64,000 bases of DNA from an uncultured candidate division Zixibacteria bacterium (GTDB lineage Bacteria; Zixibacteria; MSB-5A5; GN15; FEB-12). The position numbers and the translations under genes are program-made. Shown one piece after another: positions 61,201-64,000 of the stretch. The notes under the pieces are model-generated. The model had not been told where the DNA came from. It was given only the letters and a program-made list of their open reading frames with translations, and ran no database searches. The first letter of the stretch is position 1. Each line of letters opens with the position of its first letter. The stretch is taken from contig OY760907.1 in assembly GCA_963664195.1 (NCBI GenBank), positions 3,584,001-3,648,000 on the forward strand. Reading direction: 5' to 3'.

Positions 61201-62875
61201 AGTCGGTCACGTCGTAGGCGATTATCATGACGCAGGGACGCCCGTCCTCCGCAAAAGTATAGGGATATAGATTGCTGGAATACCATCGCCACTCGCCTCT
61301 GCGGACAGGCACACATGTCTCAAACGCCATGTCCCTCCCCTTGCCGATGACCTCGCGGATAGCCTCCATCTGCATATCCGCTACATCCTTCGGGAACAAA
61401 TCCCACTGGGTCTTGCCTATGACATCCTCAGCCCTGGCGTTGACGGCACGCGCACCGTACTCATTGATGAAGCGAAGTTCCCCCTCGTCGCTAAAGATCA
61501 TGATGGCGGCCCTGACACTCTGAACAAGCAGTCGATACTTCGCTTCACTGGCCTTGATCTCGGCTTCGACTGCCTTGCGTGCCGTCACATCGCGAGAAAC
61601 GACCAGCAGCGCCCGTTTCCCCCCGTATTCGATACAATTGACGGTGGCTTCGATCTCAAACGACGATCCGTCGCGACGAATATACTTGCGGTCAGTGAAG
61701 CGGAACCGCTCTCCGTCGACAACCTGCCGTACCTTGGCATTGATATCCTCCTTTGAGTGATCGATGAAATCGTACACCGTCAGCTCCCCCAGTTCCTCAG
61801 CGGTGTAACCCAAAGCGGCCGCAAGGGAAGCATTTGCCTCCAGAATATGCTTGGTCTCCAGATCGGCCAGGTAGATGAAGTCAACACTTTGTTCGAGAAC
61901 TGCCCGGTGTTTTTCCTCACTCCTCCGGAGAGAATCCTCGGCTCTTCTCTGTTCGGAAATGTCGAAAACGATTCCACGGACCCCGGTGACCACACCGTCC
62001 TCAATGATCGGCGCAGAATGAGTCACCATGGGGAAAATAGTCCCATCGTCCCTCAGCCCCGCATACTCGATAACTCCGCGCTCCTCTCCTTCGAGAGTGC
62101 GCCTCATGTTGTCCTCAAGCCGCTGCCAGTCAACCGGCGCAATCACATCCACGGCATTCAGTCCGCGTTCCAAGTCGATCTCAGAGCGGCCAAACAATCG
62201 CAGGGCGTGCTGATTGCCAAAGATAACCCGGCCGGTGGCATCGAGTTCGAATATTCCTTGTGGCAACAAATCAACCAGTTCCTTGAACCTGGACTCGCTG
62301 GCCCGAAGAGCATCTTCGGAGGTCCGACGTGCGGTTACATCGGCGGCGCTGCCAATAATCCAGATGGGCACACCATCGGCATCTCTGATAAACACATGCC
62401 GGTCGCATACCCATCGGTAACTGCCGTCCTTGTGTCGTATCCGGTACTCGATCGATGACGGCCTTCTTCCCCCGTCCGGGGCGGCGAACATCTCGTCCTG
62501 GTACGTCTTGAATCCGGGAAGGTCATCGGGATGAATCAGACTGCTGACGAAAGCCAGGCCCCCCTCCAACGCCTCCTCACAACTATAGCCGGAATACATC
62601 TCAAACGATGCGCTGAGATAGTCATAGGTGAGGTTCTTCATATCAAGGCGGTAGCGAATGTCGCTCGAGTTATCCAGCGACTGCTTGAATCGGAATTCAC
62701 TTCTCCGTAGTCGGCGCAGGCTGCGAAGATGCAGGATGAGCAGTACCAGCAAAATCCCAAAGAGACCAAGAAACAACACATAGGCCTGCCAGGGGTGCTG
62801 CTTCAACAGGGACACAATGTGTTCCCAGGTCGACGTAGCACGGATCAGCTTGACGGCCAATAAATACGGCAGCAT
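58223..62875 (-). CDS. Multi-PAS (about 10) sensor histidine kinase; start uncertain (62875 or 62977)
   Basis: One TM helix; repeated SE.(K/R)(Y/F)R...DIT linkers; AHEIRN, DNGQG, GTGLGL. Confidence 0.92.
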   Translation of the reverse strand: MLPYLLAVKLIRATSTWEHIVSLLKQHPWQAYVLFLGLFGILLVLLILHLRSLRRLRRSEFRFKQSLDNSSDIRYRLDMKNLTYDYLSASFEMYSGYSCEEALEGGLAFVSSLIHPDDLPGFKTYQDEMFAAPDGGRRPSSIEYRIRHKDGSYRWVCDRHVFIRDADGVPIWIIGSAADVTARRTSEDALRASESRFKELVDLLPQGIFELDATGRVIFGNQHALRLFGRSEIDLERGLNAVDVIAPVDWQRLEDNMRRTLEGEERGVIEYAGLRDDGTIFPMVTHSAPIIEDGVVTGVRGIVFDISEQRRAEDSLRRSEEKHRAVLEQSVDFIYLADLETKHILEANASLAAALGYTAEELGELTVYDFIDHSKEDINAKVRQVVDGERFRFTDRKYIRRDGSSFEIEATVNCIEYGGKRALLVVSRDVTARKAVEAEIKASEAKYRLLVQSVRAAIMIFSDEGELRFINEYGARAVNARAEDVIGKTQWDLFPKDVADMQMEAIREVIGKGRDMAFETCVPVRRGEWRWYSSNLYPYTFAEDGRPCVMIIAYDVTDYKRSENALRDSEETARALMNGTDDVMILLDLNRNILTLNEAAAVTLGGTPEELVGAQVVEVVKSQNPESEIEAWRLHLEEVIRTRKAIRREHEWNGEWLDGNVFPILGEDGEMSRIAIFAFNITGQRRAKEEILKFKTATDNATFGMAIVSLQGEISYINRCFADMHGYGVEELVGKNLALFHNEEQLAEVDKINQGLRETGSYSSLEVWHSRRDGTVFPALMNGVLIKDSDGNPAYMAATAIDISVRKEVEQALRESEEKYRTFLEELPVGVFRSTPQGESGSVNAAMLKMFGFETVEEMNSWGLTYTDMERRDEMLRLLREHGHVEAFETQHRRKDGTYFWASTYIRAERDDTGEVTHFDGVDIDITDRKRAEEALRESEERYRTLVESAGEAIFTLNRNGVYLFVNSIAAERLGLEAEGLVGKTLWDVFPKPFADGHMTAITEVFTTGEHRINERTTEIDGKRVQYRTSLQPIKNQHGEIVSVLGIARDITSFVQAQKDLKGERDLVRSLLGTAHSLVICFDSQLRIAVFNKECERVTGYSAEEALGKRWGDLFADEAGASGEFGEWVLSRMEANREDTVRAKSGEVKTVLWSASVLTSERSDELTAIVVGQDITERKRTEKALQASEEFNRVVIENSPLGVSVRSSTGRLLSYNAAWKKIWNILGDDLDDYLHRDRKRLEFDERDEYLGQAMDGVRDVYEKGGYLHIPEIETPGLRKGRKRWLSQHFYAIMDHHGEVSRVVILTEDITKRKLAEAKARDADTERYRQAKEIAGGFAHEIRNALFPAEGALMRIMQTSNDLPAGNTCEKYSGAASDAVERAIDITELITLYTRLDSEFFPETVDVCRVLHEVIEANQVRCEDQRVDVRLNCDERLIVKSNRQQLYMVLNNLLLNSLDALTECAQPVILATAIGESGVVKIMFRDNGQGIPEKSLGRVFDAFFSSKPNKGTGLGLATARKIIEMYGGTITVSSEPGKFTRFDLTLEQVIA

Positions 62876-62977
62876 AGATATCGGGTCCGGTAAGTTAGAG
62901 TCGGATACACTGAGTATAACGCCGACTGCCGTTATTGTCAATTGAGGCAGATTGGACGCAGCAGTGAGATGCCCCAA

Positions 62978-63724
62978 CTACGAACTCATTCGCAGGAGAT
63001 CAAGTTGACCCAGGGCCGAGACAATAGCCGTTTCCACTCGAAGAACCCACCTGCCGAGAACGAATGGCTGGAACCCCGCCTGCGTCATCAGGTCAATCTC
63101 GAACGGCACCCACCCGCCTTCGGGACCGATCGCAATTGTCACTCGATCAATTGACGCATCAAACAGGTCTGACATGTTCTGCAGAGCGTCTATCGAAGCG
63201 AGCAACTTGCACCCGGTGCCCGATTCTGTCGATTCCACCCGGGGAAATGTATCCTCAAAAAAGACTTTGAACCTGTCGTGGACAGTGACCTGCGGCAGGC
63301 GCGTCAGCTTGCCCTGGCTGAGTCCTTCAATCAGAAAAGGCAGTTGATTTTCAGGTTGGGTCAGAGGAGATTGATAGTAGCTCTTCTCGACTCGATTGGC
63401 GCGAATGAGATACAGGTGTCGAATGCCCATCATCCCGCAAGTGATCAACACTTTCTTGAGCGTCTGGGGACGGGGCAGAGCACAGACAAGATCAGTCGTC
63501 GGAAGTCCCTGAGGCGAATGCAATACCTCACAGGTCAGTTCGACCTCATCATCTGACAGAGAAGATATCTGCGCCGTTCCGAGAGAACCGTTGAGCAAAC
63601 CGACCTCCACTCTGTCGCCCTCACGGGCACGCAGAATCGTCCTGATGTGCTCCGCGCGATAGTCGGTCAGGCGATAGCAGCCGCCTCCGGCTGCGTCGCC
63701 TTCCAAAAGAATTACCAGATTCAT
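62978..63724 (-). CDS. rsmE: 16S rRNA m3U1498 methyltransferase
   Basis: HIRTILR, ALPRP, IGPEGGW, LRVETA. Confidence 0.92.
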   Translation of the reverse strand: MNLVILLEGDAAGGGCYRLTDYRAEHIRTILRAREGDRVEVGLLNGSLGTAQISSLSDDEVELTCEVLHSPQGLPTTDLVCALPRPQTLKKVLITCGMMGIRHLYLIRANRVEKSYYQSPLTQPENQLPFLIEGLSQGKLTRLPQVTVHDRFKVFFEDTFPRVESTESGTGCKLLASIDALQNMSDLFDASIDRVTIAIGPEGGWVPFEIDLMTQAGFQPFVLGRWVLRVETAIVSALGQLDLLRMSS

Positions 63725-63733
63725 CGAATCATC

Positions 63734-64000
63734 TTACGGACAGGCAGGCAACGGATCAAGCGTGATGAATAGATGGCTGATGAGCACGGTCAGATCGCCC
63801 ATTGTCACCAAGCCATCCGCACTCATATCCACGTTCCCTTCCGTTACGCAGGCCAGCGGCTCCAGCGCTATGAACAGGTGGTCTATCAGTACCGTAAGGT
63901 CGCCCATCGTCACCAGGTTGTCAACGGATTCATCAACATTGCCGACCGAGGGCCCGGTACAGCAATCGCCGTTCTGGAAAACTTCCACATTGTCAACGTA
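63734..64000 (-). CDS. C-terminal dockerin-like domain of a secreted protein (partial)
   Basis: GNVD...VTMGDLTVLI.HLFI repeated twice; frame runs off the window edge. Confidence 0.85.
   Translation of the reverse strand, partial: YVDNVEVFQNGDCCTGPSVGNVDESVDNLVTMGDLTVLIDHLFIALEPLACVTEGNVDMSADGLVTMGDLTVLISHLFITLDPLPACP

Noticed and set aside
1..64000. CRISPR array, rRNA, tRNA, prophage or defence genes
   Set aside because: No regularly spaced direct repeats or diagnostic motifs seen by eye; a tool-based scan could still find short RNAs.

Overview
Bacterial genomic window of roughly 55-60% GC by eye. Paired C-terminal dockerin-like domains, a PorV-like barrel, a T9SS/FlgD-type sorting domain and LPS genes suggest an FCB-related diderm, most likely candidate phylum Zixibacteria (inference). 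Contents in order: (1) a translationally coupled locus of giant surface protein, PorV-TPR fusion, membrane PP2C, STAS-HATPase, STAS and His kinase; (2) an msbA/LPS glycosyltransferase/relA operon; (3) housekeeping genes, including prfB with its +1 frameshift; (4) pta-aspC-pckA, glcD, a eukaryote-type citrate synthase behind a Rex/CRP-like operator, and a eukaryote-type alanine aminotransferase; (5) a 596-bp REP-bounded tyrosine transposase (RAYT) element whose removal restores an in-frame secreted-protein ORF; (6) orphan His kinases, lipoproteins, an S9 peptidase, a frameshifted DegT gene, a cysteine synthase and a ferredoxin; (7) a frameshifted modular dockerin protein, an NtrC-like regulator with a 10-PAS kinase, and rsmE. 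Three intergenic units look like standalone small RNAs, one behind a near-consensus sigma54 promoter, and each exposes a CCCCCUC anti-Shine-Dalgarno-like tract. No tRNA, rRNA or CRISPR array was seen. All calls are by eye from motifs; no database searches were run.
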